Source: Lama guanicoe (lineage: Eukaryota). Taken from it: a stretch of 64,000 nt of DNA. The notes under the pieces were generated by a model. That model did not search any database and had not been told where the DNA came from. It saw only the letters and a list, made by a program, of their open reading frames with translations. The number at the start of each line of letters is the position of its first letter. Position 1 is the first letter of the stretch. The stretch covers positions 32,061,277-32,125,276 of the forward strand of contig MU057352.1 in the NCBI GenBank assembly GCA_013239625.1, given 5' to 3'. The translations under genes and the position numbers were made by a program. Positions 47,136 through 60,402 of this stretch are shown in pieces.

Positions 47136-48959
47136 CAGGCACCTTTGAGGTGAGGGAATATTTGGGGTCAGAGGAGCCTTTCCAGCCACCACACCCTGCC
47201 GCTCCACCAAGGTGGGCACACACACTTCAACTAATGTAATGAGTCTCCGAGCAGTGGGGCCGAGTTGCAGGAAGCTAGAGGGAAAGCCGTGAGCCTGGGT
47301 GGAGCCCAAGGGCCGGCGCAGCTGGGAGGTGGGCACCGCTGAGGGCACAGGTGCAGGTGGGACATGGCACTGAAGGACCAGGGCCGCCAGCCTTGTGCTG
47401 CAATTAGGCCGAGCCTGACGGGGGACCGAGGCAGGCAGAGCAGAATTTCCAGCAGGTGATGCCACCTCCGGGGGCCTGAGAGGAGCCCTGCAGCCCCTGA
47501 GGGGAGAGGGGGCGGGCCCGGGACTCGGGCACACGCCATGCACGCCAGCAGGCCCGGGGAGAGTCTGCGGCTGGAACGTCAGGCCAGGCCTCACTCAGGG
47601 GGAGCAGGCAGCAGGGTCCAAACACCCTGGACTTAGAGAAGCAAGATGAAGTGTGAGAGGGGTCAGGACAGGATGTCACAAGGGGGATGGCTCCCAGAGG
47701 CACCTGGCCGGCAGCGCCGGGGGGAGGCAGCAGGTCACGTCACCCGGCCGGGAATGCAGGCAGCTGGGTCCTGCTGCAGGCTCTGGGAGCTTTCGTGGCT
47801 GTGACGGAAGCCCTGGTGTTTAACCCCTCTGCCCCGGCGTCCTGGTTAGCACAATGGGAGTTGTCACATCCCTTCGGTGCAACGCTGTCTCGTGAGCGTG
47901 TGCATTGCTCACACGTCCCGTGAGCGTGCGTGCTGGGTGTCTTGCACTGAACTCGGCCCAAGCAGGGCTCGGGGATAGAATGATGGTGAGCTATCTGTCA
48001 CCTGTCTGAGGAAGCAGTGACAAGAGCAAACAGAAGCTGGGTACCAACAGTGTAGGCAGGGGCCAGATCAGAGACAGCACTGGGTACAGGAGCCAGGGTG
48101 CTGGAGGGGAAGTGTGGACTGGTCCAGTGTAACAGCGGAGGTCAACTGAGGGGCGAGGATGGAGCCAGGCTGATGGCCAGATGGGTCCAACAGCTCTGTT
48201 GTGGCCTCACCCAGGCCTGTCCCAAGACAGGGGCATCGGGGGGTGTCTGGCTCCCCCTGCCCATCACTCAGCTCCCCCACAGAGCCAGGGCCAGGTTCCA
48301 GGAGGCTCCAGGGCAGGCTTCCTGCTGGCGGCCCTCTCCTCTGGACCCCTCATCTCCCCATCTGGCTGCCTGCAGTGGCCCCCGTGGGCTGCCGGCTGGA
48401 GCTGGTCACTAGCAGTTGTCTTCCTTGGACAGACAGCAGGCTCAGTCGCTTCCCAGGAAGTCCCCACGTCTCTTCCTCATTAACCACCCACTCACTGATT
48501 CACAAAAACAGCCAATGGCAAGACAAACAAAGAACACCAAGGGGCAGCTCCTCACTCTGGGACGTCACAGCTGAGAGGCGCTTTGAAAGGCCATCAGGTT
48601 TACCCACCCCCCAAGCTCAGACACGTCTCTGCAGACCTGAGTGTTAGGATGGCAAGGGGTGTTGGAGGGCGTTCAGGGCAGCGTTTGTCCAGTTCTCGAG
48701 CTCTTTGGAGCCTGCTGATGATGGGTTGAATGCTCCAAGGCTCTGGGGAGCTCACTCCCTTGCAAAGCAGCCCTTTCATTGTGAATGGTGGTGATAGCCA
48801 GAGACTTGCTCCCGCTGAGCTGTGCGGCCTCCCTGTAACTTCACCTCATCAGTTCTGCTTGTGGCTTTGGTGACCCCACAGAGTGCGCTGGCTTCATCTG
48901 CCCATCAAACACTCTCAGAAATTTTAATACTTCTTTGGAAACTAAAGCCTTTCAGAGCT

Positions 48960-49125
48960 TCAGTCTAATCAATGGAAGGAGTGCACTTCAGCAGCTCTGA
49001 AACAGGGCGCATCTTACAATAAACAGTGTCCTGCAATGTGATTGGCAGTCTTTTTCTCTTCAGTAAAGCTGGAAAAAAAAAACGTGCATCTTGAAATCTG
49101 CAGCATCTCAGATTAGGTGACCTCG
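48960..49125 (+). mobile_element. MER104 (TcMar-Tc2 MITE)
   Basis: ctctgaaacagggcgcatcttacaat...attggcagtctttttctc...gtgcatcttgaaatctgcagcatctcagatt. Confidence 0.7.
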
Positions 49126-52100
49126 AAGTCACAACTGCACACAACACAGAAAAGAACACCCCTTAGTTAGAGAGAAGGAGGGTGTGCCCAAGGCCACGTG
49201 GCTAGGAAGTCAGGGTCTCAGCGCTTGAGCCCCAGCCCACTGGACTGAGGAGTGTTTCCTCCTCAGTCGAGAGCTGCTCCCTGTGTGTGTGGCCAGGCCA
49301 GCTGGGTGGGATAAAGGCACTGACCTGGCCCCTGCCCCTTGTCCGTGGCAAAGCGCCCCATATGCCAGCCTGCCTGCTCTGTCCTCAGCCCCGTGCCCAC
49401 ATGGGGTGGGCCCTGGGCCAGGCTGGCAGTGAGCCCTGCCCTCAGCAGAGGCAGAGAGGCCAGGCCGAGGGCGGGGAGACGTGCGTCCGGGCTCTCTCTG
49501 CGCTCCTGTCAGCCCTGATTTGTCCCTGTCAGACCCTCCTGAGTAAGAGTGAATTTGGGGGCAATCATTCCCGTGTTTATTCATCACCAAGCCATGGGCT
49601 CGTTGGGTTGGTTCCGGCCCCTCCCCGGAGCTGCAGAAGGGTGTGGCCGGGCACCCTGGTAACCTGGGGAGCCCGTTCAGGGTCAGGTGTCCCCTGGACC
49701 ATATCATAGCCCCCTTGGAGTGTGACCTCGGGTGGGACTTCCAGCCCTACTTGACAAAGACAGTGCCCACCCCCGGAGATCCTAAGGCCCTGGGTGGAGC
49801 TCTGGGCCAAATCCTCCTCTCCCCCAGAAACGTCCCCCTTTGACAGTGGGCGGCCTGTGGGTAAGCGGCTTGGCCTTCCTCAGCTCGGTCTATGCTTCTG
49901 GCCAGTGCAGGCGGGCACACACGTCCTGTCCCACTGCCTGGGTTGTGGCATGGCCCAGACCTCAGGCCTCTGTGAAGGCTTTTGTGCCGAATGGGATGGG
50001 ACCAGAGGTCCCAAGAGACTTGTGACTTGTACAAGGTCACAGCTCAGGGTCAAGCCAAAATGCTTCCTCGTGGCAGATGCTGAATGAATCAGTCTCTGGG
50101 TTTGAGGGAGCTAGTCTCCCCCCACATTTTCACCCAGCGCCAGGTTTCTCCTGAAGGGGTGAGTTGGGGTGGAGGTCGCCGTGCCTGCAGCGGGGCACAG
50201 CGCATGCCGCTGTGAGCTGACAGCCACGGCCGTGCGCGCTGGGTCGGCACGCACCACAGGTGGGCGAAACAGGGAGTGGCCTCCAGAATCCTAGCCACCT
50301 GGAACCAACGCCCGCTTTTGGCAAGTCAGCGGAACGTTCTGAGCCAGTTCCCAAGTCTAGTTCAAAGGGAGAGGGAGGACGGAATGATCCCGCCCTGTGC
50401 CTGCTTCTAGGGAACAGGGCTGAAGGGCCCAAGAGTCATGCCTGATGACCTTCATCTTAGGCCCTCTGTGTGTGATGCAGGAGCAAAGCGACGTTCCTTC
50501 TAGTTCTGTTTTCTCTAAAATAAAGGAGCAGAAAATAGGCATAAGACATTAGGAACATCTGCTCATCGAAGAGATTTTGAGATGAGACGGGGAAGAACTT
50601 TTAAAGAGCTCGCATGTTGGAGGGGGAGACAGGAAGTGTGCGGAGGAGGGAGAGAAGTGCCACGGTAAAGGGGAGCCAAGCAGGGTCAGATGGCGCAGGC
50701 TGGTGCGGGAGCCTGTACGCTCAAGAATGCTTCCCAGGGAGGAGGGGAAAACTCAGCTGAATTTCAAAGCATGGGCAGTAACTTATCAAAGTTGGAGGAA
50801 GAAGGAAACATCGGAGCAATGGCATCAAAAGCAGAGAGCACAGGACACAGAGTCCAGAGGAACGAGAGACCATAGTGGGGACATGAGATCGTCCAGGGCA
50901 GCGGAAGGCATGTGGGCTTCCCAGGGGAAAGGACGCTGGCGTGGTCGGAAGGAAACAGCCAGCAGGCAGCTGGCTCTGAGTTGGGGTGGGCAGAGCTCGA
51001 AGGAGAGGCAGACAAGAATCCTTAGCAAACAAACAACTGATCTCATGGGTAAAATGATGCAAAAATAATGAACAGGGAGAGAATCGAGGAAAAGGAAGGC
51101 AGGAGAGGTGAGGGGAAGAGGGGACCCGGGGTTACTTGTGCGGGACAGCTCTCTCGCACACTGTGCCCAAACCTGCCTGGCGGGCTGCCACCCTCTGGCG
51201 CCAGCTTCACCCTGAGGGTCATAAGATGCACGTCTTTCCTCTGGCAGGGAATTGAGTTCCCGAGGTTGGAAGACAATGACCAAATCCGCGTGACTTCCTT
51301 CCTCAGGCTGACCATCCATAATCCACGCTGACATCCACAGTCCACCTTGACTGGTTGACTCACGTGTCGGCTGTCCGTAGTCCAGAGCTGCTGACTATTG
51401 ATAGTGGAGAGCCTAGCTTGCTGAGATCACCCTCATCCGCGGCGGCCTTCCGCTGCTGGTCAGGAGCATGGAAGGCCACGCCCCACCTCTCTGCTAATGC
51501 CCGGGGCTGTGGGGCGGGGCTGTGACTGGAACCCGCCGCAAGTGGCAGGCAGCGTCCTCTCTCTCCTTTCCAAATGGGCGGGCCCTGGGGAGCTGCCTGG
51601 GCCGCAGGGCGGGCACAAACATCGAGGCTGGTTGGGGACCTCGCCTAACTGTGCAAGCTGACCCAGTGAAGGGAAAGCGGCGCCCGCCAGGCTCAGTGCC
51701 AAAGCCCGCTCTCCACTACGCTGATTCCCCTCTCCAACCGGGGGAGGAATGGGGCCCCTCCTGGCCTGACTTCGTGAATTTCATGCTGTCGTGAGCGGAG
51801 AGGCAGAAAGGGGGCCCTGTGGGCTCATGATGGGCTCAAGTCACTACTCATGCGTCAGTAGCCCTGCCTAGTTCCGGGTGGCCAGCCCACACCCTCACCC
51901 CCTCCCGCAGCTCGCCTGACCCAGTCACCTGCCCCTCCTTTGGGCACAGAGCCCAGTGCCAGCCCCTCTGCCACCAGGCACCTCCTCTCCACTCTGAGCA
52001 GCCAGAGTCGTGCTGCACTGAGAACGTCCAGGAAACAATCTGTTTAGAGCACATTGCAGGAGGGGGTGTCCCAGCTGCCCAGCCCCCATCTCCCTCACGC

Positions 52101-52994
52101 CACCAGTCTGGAACTTCCACCGGGGGAGCATGATACACAGAGGTACTGGGTCCCCCTGCAGACGAACTGATCTCCTGGAGCAATGGATTAATTGCTCCTT
52201 GTCGGACCAGCCCACATGGCAGGGGGGTGGGGGCGCACTGATAACAGAGTCCTGGGACTCCCTGTACTCCGCTCTAGACCAGGAGGGACGGGGAGGACCC
52301 GGGTGCTCGCAGTTGGTTTAGGGAGAGCCCAGGCTGGGTGCAGATGAGATCTAAGTGCAGGTCCTGGAGGAGGTGGATTTCCCATTAGTGCCAGGATAAG
52401 GGTCCGGTAAGCCTCTCAGAGCCACTGCAGACACAAGCGCAGCACGTCTGCTGTCAGGAGCGCGCGAGGTGGCCGGGAAGGAGCTGGGTGGCCAGCTGTG
52501 GAGGCACGTGCGGCCTGTTGTCTGGGGCTGTGTCTCCGAGAGGCAGGAGCACAGGGCACACGGGCTGTTTCCTCCACGTCTTCGTTCCACTCCCGCTGTC
52601 GGCCCCGGGGAGTGAGCGGCTGATGGAGGGAGAGGCCCCGTCCGGCTGCCCTGAGCCTCAGGCCGGGGCACTTCCGTGTCAGGGGCTTCCTGTCCGTGAC
52701 CTCAGGTGCCCACAGCCAGCCTGGAAAGGGGGCTCATCCCATTTTCAGCAGGAGACTGAGGCCCAAGAAGGTAGGGTGACCGGAGTCCAGGGCCCTGTTA
52801 GGGAACAAGAGGGTCGCTGGTAGGGGCCGGTGTGAGGTCACGCCTGGCTCGGCAGCCGGGGTTGGGAGGAGGTCGGCTCTGCATGTCTGGGCACCGAGGA
52901 AGCCAGAACCCCAGTACCCACAGCCCCCGGCCTCCCCTGCTGCCAGCACTGAATCCGCGAGCTCCCATCCTCTGATTCCAACCCTCTCTCCACT

Positions 52995-53217
52995 GACGCG
53001 GGCGGTAACCCAGTGGCCCCAGCGCGCGCCTGAAACAAGGCCCGCCAAGTTCGGGAAGAGCGCCCAGAGGACCGGCGACCACGCGGTGCGAAGGAGGCGG
53101 CACCTGGCACTCCCGGTGGCTATCATTTTGCAGCCTATAAATGTACCAGAGCGACACCTTGTGAACCTTAAACGTGCATGATGTTACGTGTCAATCACAG
53201 CTCAATAAAAGTGGGGG
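52995..53217 (+). mobile_element. L1MA/MB-type 3' end, GC-shifted
   Basis: ggtggctatcattttgcagcctataaatgtacc...gaaccttaaacgtgcatgatgttacgtgtcaatcacagctcaataaaa. Confidence 0.75.
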
Positions 53218-53579
53218 GAGTGTGTGCAGAGTGCGACTCAGCAACACCACTTGCTGCGCTGACTTGTGGGGCTGAATAAACGCCTGGCTCACTCAGCGGC
53301 CGAGAGTCCCTTGGCTGAGACCGCAGCCTAATCGTCCTCTGTCCTGAGAATCCCTCCTTAGCCAGGGACAAAGGGATCTCCAGGCTGGAAGGGTCTGGAA
53401 GTCAGACCACAGCTTTATCGATGGCAGGGACACCGTGCTCAGAGCATGAGACCAAAGCTCATCAGGAGAGCAGGAGAAAAGGGCAGAGACCCAAGCCTGG
53501 CACTTCTCTAGACCCTGCCTGCCGCTTCCCTCTAACACCCCCACCCTCGGTCCTGTCTCTTCCCACATCCCCGGCCCAC

Positions 53580-53900
53580 GAGCCAGGCTCACTGCCCAGG
53601 TGCGCTGCCTGTCCCTTCAGGCTTCAAGGCCATGGCTTCTGCTGTTCTGTCCTCTGGGAACACCATCTCCAGCCATCAACACTAGATTCACTTCTCCAGT
53701 TCAGGCTGACTCCTGCCTCCTCCATGAAGCCTCCCCTGATAATCTCTCCCATCTCGAGATCCCTAGCATTGTGTCTCTCTCTTGCAGGGCCCTTTTTTGG
53801 ACCCATCTGGTCAGTTCAGCTAGAAACCACAGCCCTGGTGACAGAGGCCATGTCTCATGAGTGTTCCCTTCCCCACAGGACTCAGGAACGCTTTGCAGAA
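53580..53900 (+). mobile_element. L2 3' region relic
   Basis: tgctgttctgtcctctgggaac...cctcctccatgaagcctcccctga...gacagaggccatgtct. Confidence 0.65.
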
Positions 53901-54049
53901 GGAGGAGACCAACGCACCAAGCCCCAGTCCAGACTGCCGGTCCGGTTCCCGGCCACATGGCTCTCCCACTCACTCTCCCAGCTTGCTGAAAGCCAAACAC
54001 GGTTTTTGGCTGGCCTTGCAGAGGAGACATTCAAAAGCCCAGGCTGCTG

Positions 54050-54360
54050 TGTGAAATCTCCTCCTGGCTCCTCCTCTGTGATTTTCAGGCTAAAAATAAA
54101 ATCCCCGGGGTCCCCGGTTGCTGCCATTGTTGCTGCTACTGAAACGTGACGAGCGCCTGATCAAAATTATTATGCCTTGTTGACAGGGGAGGGGACCCAG
54201 TGCTTATCTCCCAGCGCCTTTAAAAATAGAGCCTCTTCCCTTTGTGCCAGGGCAAAGCAATAATTTAGATAATTGAAACTCTGAAATGAGTTGGAGACGA
54301 ATCACTGTGGCTTTGGGCTCTTTTATGATACTTTTTCTTTGTATAAAAAAGAATGGAATC
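54050..54360. promoter_or_regulatory. Candidate MEF2/GATA/SOX enhancer
   Basis: CTAAAAATAA 54090-54099, CATTGT 54125-54130, TGACAG 54181, CTTATCT 54203-54209, TTAAAAATAG 54220-54229 and AGATAA 54267-54272. Confidence 0.45.
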
Positions 54361-54639
54361 AGAAGAAGAATGTTTCGCTCACACAAAAACCCTGAGCGGG
54401 ACGGATGCAGTCGGTGTGGAAGCGGCTGCTCGGAGACCTTGACGGTACGACTGGGGATGTCCGTCCTCCCGCGTGTGCACGGGAGCAGCAGCCACCATGA
54501 CGCTTCCACGAGCTTCAGCCTCCTTTCTGTCTCTGTGGATGGAGGGTGCAGCGCGGGGAAGCGGGAGGAGTCCCAGGAGGGTGGAGCTTGGGGTGAGTGG
54601 TCCCCACTGAGCCCTTTGCTCTTGCCTTGGGGTGGTTTG

Positions 54640-54835
54640 TAACCCAGGACTGCAAAATGCCAGGGCTGTGCCGGGGTTTAAATCCCATCTCAGTCATTTA
54701 CCCTGGAAACGCTGGCTAGGCATCTCGAGTTAAGCTTCCTTGACTGTGAATTAGGAACCAGAGTAACACTGGGGAGGCATAGGGATTAAATTAGGTAATT
54801 CATAGAAGCATCTGATTCAGAATAAGCAATCAATA
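54640..54835 (+). mobile_element. MIR SINE
   Basis: gggtttaaatcccatctcagtcatttac...gggattaaattaggtaat...taagcaatcaata. Confidence 0.65.
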
Positions 54836-54940
54836 CATCTATCCATCCTTTATCCATCCACCCATCACCATCCATCATCCACCCATCATCCATCCATCAT
54901 CCATCCATCCCTCCCTCCCTCTCTCCTTTCTTCATCCCTT
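54836..54940. repeat. (CCAT)n/(CCATCAT)n simple repeat followed by (CCCT)n
   Basis: Seen directly. Confidence 0.9.
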
Positions 54941-55544
54941 CACCAGGACCAATGGCTCAGACTTAGACCACTTCGTACCAAGGATTGTGACAACCTTTGT
55001 TAGAACCGGGATTCAAGGCCAAGGCACCTAGTTCCCACCCCAGGCTTTTCCGCAGCCCTGACCTGCGGCAGAGGGGGAAGCAGCACTGTGATCGTGGCTG
55101 AGGGGTCCTGACCGGCCGGGCTGTTTGTCGCCGTGCCTGTGGCAGATGCTCAGCACGGATTCCGGGGTCTCCTCTCCCCTGGGCGCGGAGGTGGCCTGCC
55201 CGTCCTGTCTTCCTGTGGGTGGGTGGAGCCGCATGACTGGCTACGGCCAGTGCGCCTTGTGCAGAGGGACAGGCCCCACATACAGAAGGGAGAGCACCCC
55301 TCCTGGTGCGGGAAGCCCTCCCTCCTTGCCCGCAGCCAGAGCAGGCAGGATACTGGGGGTGGTGGCCGTTCTGTCCACCGGGGTCCCCGAGGTGCCGGAG
55401 TGACCAAAGCACCCTGCTGACCTGCAAGGGCCTGAGAAATAAGCAGTGGTAGCCTTAAGCCACGGACACGCAGGGGGCGCCACACGGCTCAGCTCAGCCT
55501 GTCCCGACGGACGCAGCTTCCTGCCGGCGTGTCTCCTCACCCTC

Positions 55545-55990
55545 GCAGCGGTCTCCTGGGGCTGCCCTGACAAAGCACACAAACCGGGGGGCCTGAAACA
55601 ACAGAAATGTGGTCTCTCACAGGTCTGGAGGCCAAAAGTCTGACGCGAACGTGCTGACAGGATTGGTTCCCTCTGGAAGCTCTGAGGGGGAGTCTGCTCC
55701 CTGCCTCTCCTCCAGCCGCTGGTGGGCGCCAGCCGTCCTTGGCATCCCCTGGTTTGTAGCTCCATCGGTCCAATTCCCGCCTCTGTCTTCACAAGGCCGT
55801 GTCCCCTCTGTGTGGATCTCTGTGTCTCTGCTCTTCTTATAAGGACCCCAATCTCTGGACCGAGGGCTGCCCCACTGCAGTTTCACCTCGTCTTAACCGA
55901 TCACGTTGGCAAAGATCTTATTCCCAGATAAAGTCACATTTTGAGGTTCTGAGTGGGCATGGATTTGGGGGACATGATTCAAACCAGGAT
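55545..55990 (-). mobile_element. MLT1C-like MaLR LTR, near full length
   Basis: aaacaacagaaatgtggtctctcacaggtctggaggccaaaagtct...tcttcttataaggac...aaagtcacattttgaggttct. Confidence 0.9.
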
Positions 55991-58144
55991 GTTATCTCAC
56001 CTTGAGTTTAAGTCAGGGCAACCGATGTTCAGAGAAGGCTCACTCTGGGCCGGGACTGCAGCGACGTTTACTGAGGAGACGGGCCTGAGGGTTCCGCAGC
56101 CGGCGGAACAGTGGAGAGGGTGGGCTTGGACGAGTTCAGAGTCTGACGGCAGAGGCGGAAGAGCCCTCGGCTGGTCCCCACGTGGTGTAGAGGGTGCGGT
56201 GAGAGGGCGTGGGTGTGGGCGTCCTCCTGGCTGGCGCTGGTCCTCCTGGGCGGCCTGAGCACCTGTGCCTCGCCTGTCTCTGCCTCCAGCGCCCAGTTCA
56301 GGACTCGTCCCTGGCGGGGAGCCATCTCCCACTCACACGTGGTGCCCGTCTGCCTCCCGCCACCCTCACTGTGTGCAGAAACCATCTGTGAGGGATAACG
56401 GGCCAGGCTGGCATGGAGGCAGCCCAACTGGAAAGGCCCTCGGTCTGCTCGGCGAAGCTGGCCCAGGCCCCTGGCTCGCGTGTGCTCCGTGGCTCTCAAC
56501 AGCACCCATGGGTCGTATCCATGGTGCCAAATCCCCCGGGCATGCCTCAGCCCCACTGAGCGGGAAATTGCACAAACTTGTACCTTCCTCCGCTCCAACC
56601 TGACTTTCCAGTGGCAGCTTCAAACTCCCCCACAGCGCTGGGTGGGCCAGGCAGAGGGCTCTCTTGCCCCCTCCTCCTGGTGGTCATCACAGTCTCCCTC
56701 CTCCCTGGGGCCACCTCCCCCTGGCGTCCCAGGGGTGGGGTTGCTCCCTTCCCATCCGAGTTTAGAGACCGCCACTGATCCCAAAGCTGCCGGTGCAACG
56801 CCGGGGCCCCCAGTCTGGGGGGCATGGACGCACGGGGCGCTCAGAGGGCGCCGGGCAGAATGCCGGCATGGGGCGCGGTCTGGGAAGTAACCCTGGCAGG
56901 GAAGGAAAGGTCGAAGGGCCAGGCGAGGATGCTGCTTCTCCAGTGGACGATGCTGGGGCCACAGCAGGGAGAGGGGCTCGGCCGCTTTTGTCCCATTCAT
57001 TGCTGATCACAGGCGGCTGTGTTGTCTACACGGCAGGCTGTCACAGCGTGTGGAGACACCCGGACACCACGTGGACCTCAGACGCACCCGAAGTTCTCAT
57101 GAAGGGGAGAAGGCGGCCAGTCCTGGACGTTCCAGAGGGAGGAATTAGGACAAAGGGATGGAGTGTCTGCCAGGGACGGGCTACGATGGCCAGCGATGAG
57201 CTCGCTGTCAGGAAGGCATCCAAGAAGAGCCAGGGAGACTCACGCGGAACTTGGGCTTCCTGGATGGTTTCCTGTGCACACCTGACCATTTAGGTGAATT
57301 CCCAGTAAGCGCAGCCGACGTCACCATGGCAGTCACTCGGCCAAACACAGAAGCCTGGGTTTCCACTTGCTCTCCTGGGGCCTCTGTTCCCTGCAAGGCC
57401 TCCGCCGCCACAAACGCCAGCCTCCTCCCGTCCCCTGGGACAGCAAGAGGTGTGCCTGTGGCCACGTGGGAGGAGCTCTCTGCGAAGCTGTCGTCCTCCG
57501 GGTGCTCACGCCCCGGGACCCACCTGGCTCCCAGGTCCCACTGGACCCTGCACGCCGGGGGACGTTAGCACGCGGAACGGGGGTTTACAGGGCGCGCGCG
57601 GCCCTGCCCTTGGAAACAGGTTCTCCGAGGCGCTCGGGGAGCTGTGAGGCCGACGTCTGTCCCGGGTCTGCCTCCTTTGTCTGAGTGGGAGGGGGGCGGA
57701 CTCTGCCGGCCCGCGGGCTCCACATGCCCTTCCCCGAAGGAGTGGATCGGATGCAAGGCGAGCAGAGCCCTTGGGAGCACGTTCACTCCGCGCTTCCAGC
57801 CTCAGCCCTGGCGCGCGTCAGCTGTGTGATCTGAGCCAGCAGATTCACCTCTCTGAGCCTGTCCTCTAGGAGGTGGATGACACATAGCAACAGGAACCAG
57901 TCATAGCGTGAGCATTAATGAGGTCGTTCCCAGCTCAACAACCAAAGGTCATTACCCTGACGATGCCCGGGGACCTGCTCCGAATGCCCATGGCTCCCCA
58001 GTGCCCCCCAGCCTGGGACCCGGCCCCTTCCGCTTGGGGCCAGACGGCCCCCAGCTGCCCACGTGCACGCGTGGCCCGGCCGCAGGGGCTCTGTGTGTGC
58101 GCGGCCCCCTGCTGCTGCCCAAGCCCACTCACAGGCCCCCGCCG

Positions 58145-58520
58145 TGTCCGTTCCACGGCAGGAGCAGCCAAAGCCAATGACCACAAACGGGGTGTCTCAC
58201 AACAGCAGGGGGTGCTGCCCCCCAGTTCTGGAGACCAGAACCTGAAGCCGGCTGTGGCTGGGCTCCCTCTGAGGCTCCAGGAGGGTCCTTCCTGCCCCTG
58301 CCAGGTGCCCCTGGTCCTGCGGCCGCCTCCCTCCCGCCCACCTCCATCGTTACGCGGCTTCCGTGCGTCTCAGTTTCCCTCTATCTTCTCTTCTGAGGAT
58401 GTGCTGGTTGGATTTAGGGCCCAGCCTGATCCCGAAATTTCTCACCTCGAGACCCTGGACTTGATGACATCCACAGGGACCCTTTTCCAAACGAGGCCAC
58501 GCACACAGGCCCCGAGGCCG
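58145..58520 (-). mobile_element. MLT1C/D-like MaLR LTR
   Basis: cagttctggagaccagaacctgaa...gctccctctgaggctccagg...ttggatttagggccca...gacccttttccaaacgaggccac. Confidence 0.8.
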
Positions 58521-58930
58521 TCTGACCCACGCTGTCTGTGCTGACTTCCTGTCAGTCCACGGCTGACCCGAGTGGCCCAGAAACCAGACTGGGACGAGGC
58601 CTTGTGTGAGAGCTTGGGCCAGCAGTGACCCAGGGACAGGGCGGCGGGCCGCCCACCACTCAACTGCCCCCAGACACTCGGGAAATGACACGATGCGGGA
58701 TCTGGTCCAGATGACATTCCCCGGGCTTCACGCCTCATCGATCCTCAAAGTTATTAGATTCTCGGAAATGATCAGAGAATAAACTGCCCCCAAGAGGGTC
58801 CTTCTGAGGCAATGATGCTGGACATTCAAACAGTTGGGATGAAGCCTCGACCCTTTCCTTCAGGGGCTTTGGGAGCCACTGCTCTGAGCTGTCCCTCCAC
58901 ACCACCCCCCATCCTTGGCCCCCTCCCCCC

Positions 58931-59111
58931 GCCGTCCCCTCCGCCTCCACCTCCTCCCTGGCAGCAGACGAGTCTAGGGACACGTAGTGGGTCCGAGGTG
59001 CCCTGGGACCTCAGGCCACGCCAGCCGTCCCCTCCGCCTCCACCTCCTCCCTGGCAGCAGACGAGTCTAGGGACACGTAGTGGGTCCGAGGTGCCCTGGG
59101 ACCTCAGGCCA
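58931..59111 (+). repeat. Two-copy tandem duplication, 93-bp period
   Basis: 58931-59018 and 59024-59111 are identical (88 bp), separated by cgcca. Confidence 0.97.
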
Positions 59112-59149
59112 GTGTTCCTCCACCTCCGTGGACCCCACATGTCCATCCA

Positions 59150-59480
59150 GGAGAGCAGAATGATTAGGAGCAACTTATGCCATGTGCCTTCTCATAGCAA
59201 ACTCTGTCCAGCAGCAGGGACGATGCTTCAGAGTACAGTTTTGCAGAAGGTGGGGAGACATGCTTCAAGTAGCTCTTTCTTATTATGTCCGTCCATAAAA
59301 GCCAGGACATAACATTAAATCATAGCCCTGGGAAAGAGGCATTTCAGAGAGGAGCTCGGATGATAAAAGACCAACACAGCGCGTTCTGCTGGTTTAACCC
59401 GACCCGGGATCATGTCATTAGCATCGGTTTAATGTCCTGGATCTGGGGACGCAACAAGAAGCTGCGTTACATCCTGTGAC
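59150..59480. promoter_or_regulatory. Candidate conserved non-coding element
   Basis: CCATAAAA, TTAAATCA, TGATAA and tgtcatta motifs in a non-repeat block. Confidence 0.35.
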
Positions 59481-60307
59481 ATTCACTAGCAGGAGAGGGG
59501 CTCCATCATTCTGTTGGCTAAGGGCTTTCTTTATTTTACATTGAAAGAAAAGGGTTTTGTTTTGTTTTTTTTGGTCAGATCTGAGCAGCCCTCACTGGGT
59601 ACATCCATCCCGGCAGGTGGCACAGCCACGTGTGCAGTGACGCGCTGTCCAAGTGTGCGACGACACACTTCGCCCTCAGCCCTGGGTGGGGGGTGTCGGC
59701 CACATTGTTGATGAAAGAGAAACAAAGCCGTTCATTCACCCACTTCCGTCCTTCACTCATTCGATGTTTGTGGGGGGCCACGTGGGTGTTTGGGAGCAGT
59801 GACGCTCTCCAGGGACATGGCCTCAGCCCACTCGGGGAACATGAACAGTGACCAGAACATCGGAGGACAGGGGTACAGCAGCCACCGCGCTGATCACCGG
59901 CCTCCCGGGGACTTGGCAAGACCGCGTGGCGTCCACCCAAGGGGCGCCCACACGTGTGCACGAGCAGGCGGGTCTCTGCAGCCCAACGGTCACCACGACG
60001 GTCATCCCAGTGTGACCACGCTGTCACCATGGCCGTCAGCAGCAACTGCAATGTCCAGCCCCCAGTGCCGAGCCTGGCCAGCCTGGAGGGTCCACAGCAG
60101 TTTCTGCAGAAAAGGACGGGTCTCAGGCTTTGCGGGAAGGAGCTCAGGACAGCAGGAGCCACGCTCTGGTGTGTGCAGGGCAGCGCCTGGGCGTGAGCAC
60201 CCGAGGGACGCCAGGAACCCCGGCCCGCAGTCTCCCATAGGGGGCCTGGGAGGGGGACTGAAGGCAGGGCCAGGGAGCCTCTAGACTTTTCTGGAAACTT
60301 CAGGGGT

Positions 60308-60402
60308 TTGTTTGTTTGTTTGTTTAAATGAAAGTATGGGGAATTGAACCCAGGACCCCATGCATGCTAAGCATGAGCTCTACCACCGAGCTAAAGCCGC
60401 CC
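60308..60402 (-). mobile_element. Vic-1-like SINE (short form) with an (AAAC)n tail
   Basis: Reverse complement reads tagctcggtggtagagctcatgcttagcatgcatggggtcctgggttcaattcccc; possible decayed TSD at 60291-60307 and 60403-60419 (14/17 match). Confidence 0.9.

Noticed and set aside
52177-52198. Hairpin ggagcaat-ggatta-attgctcc and a 13-mer shared with 63985-63997
   Set aside because: An 8-bp stem and a 13-mer match are both expected by chance in 64 kb.
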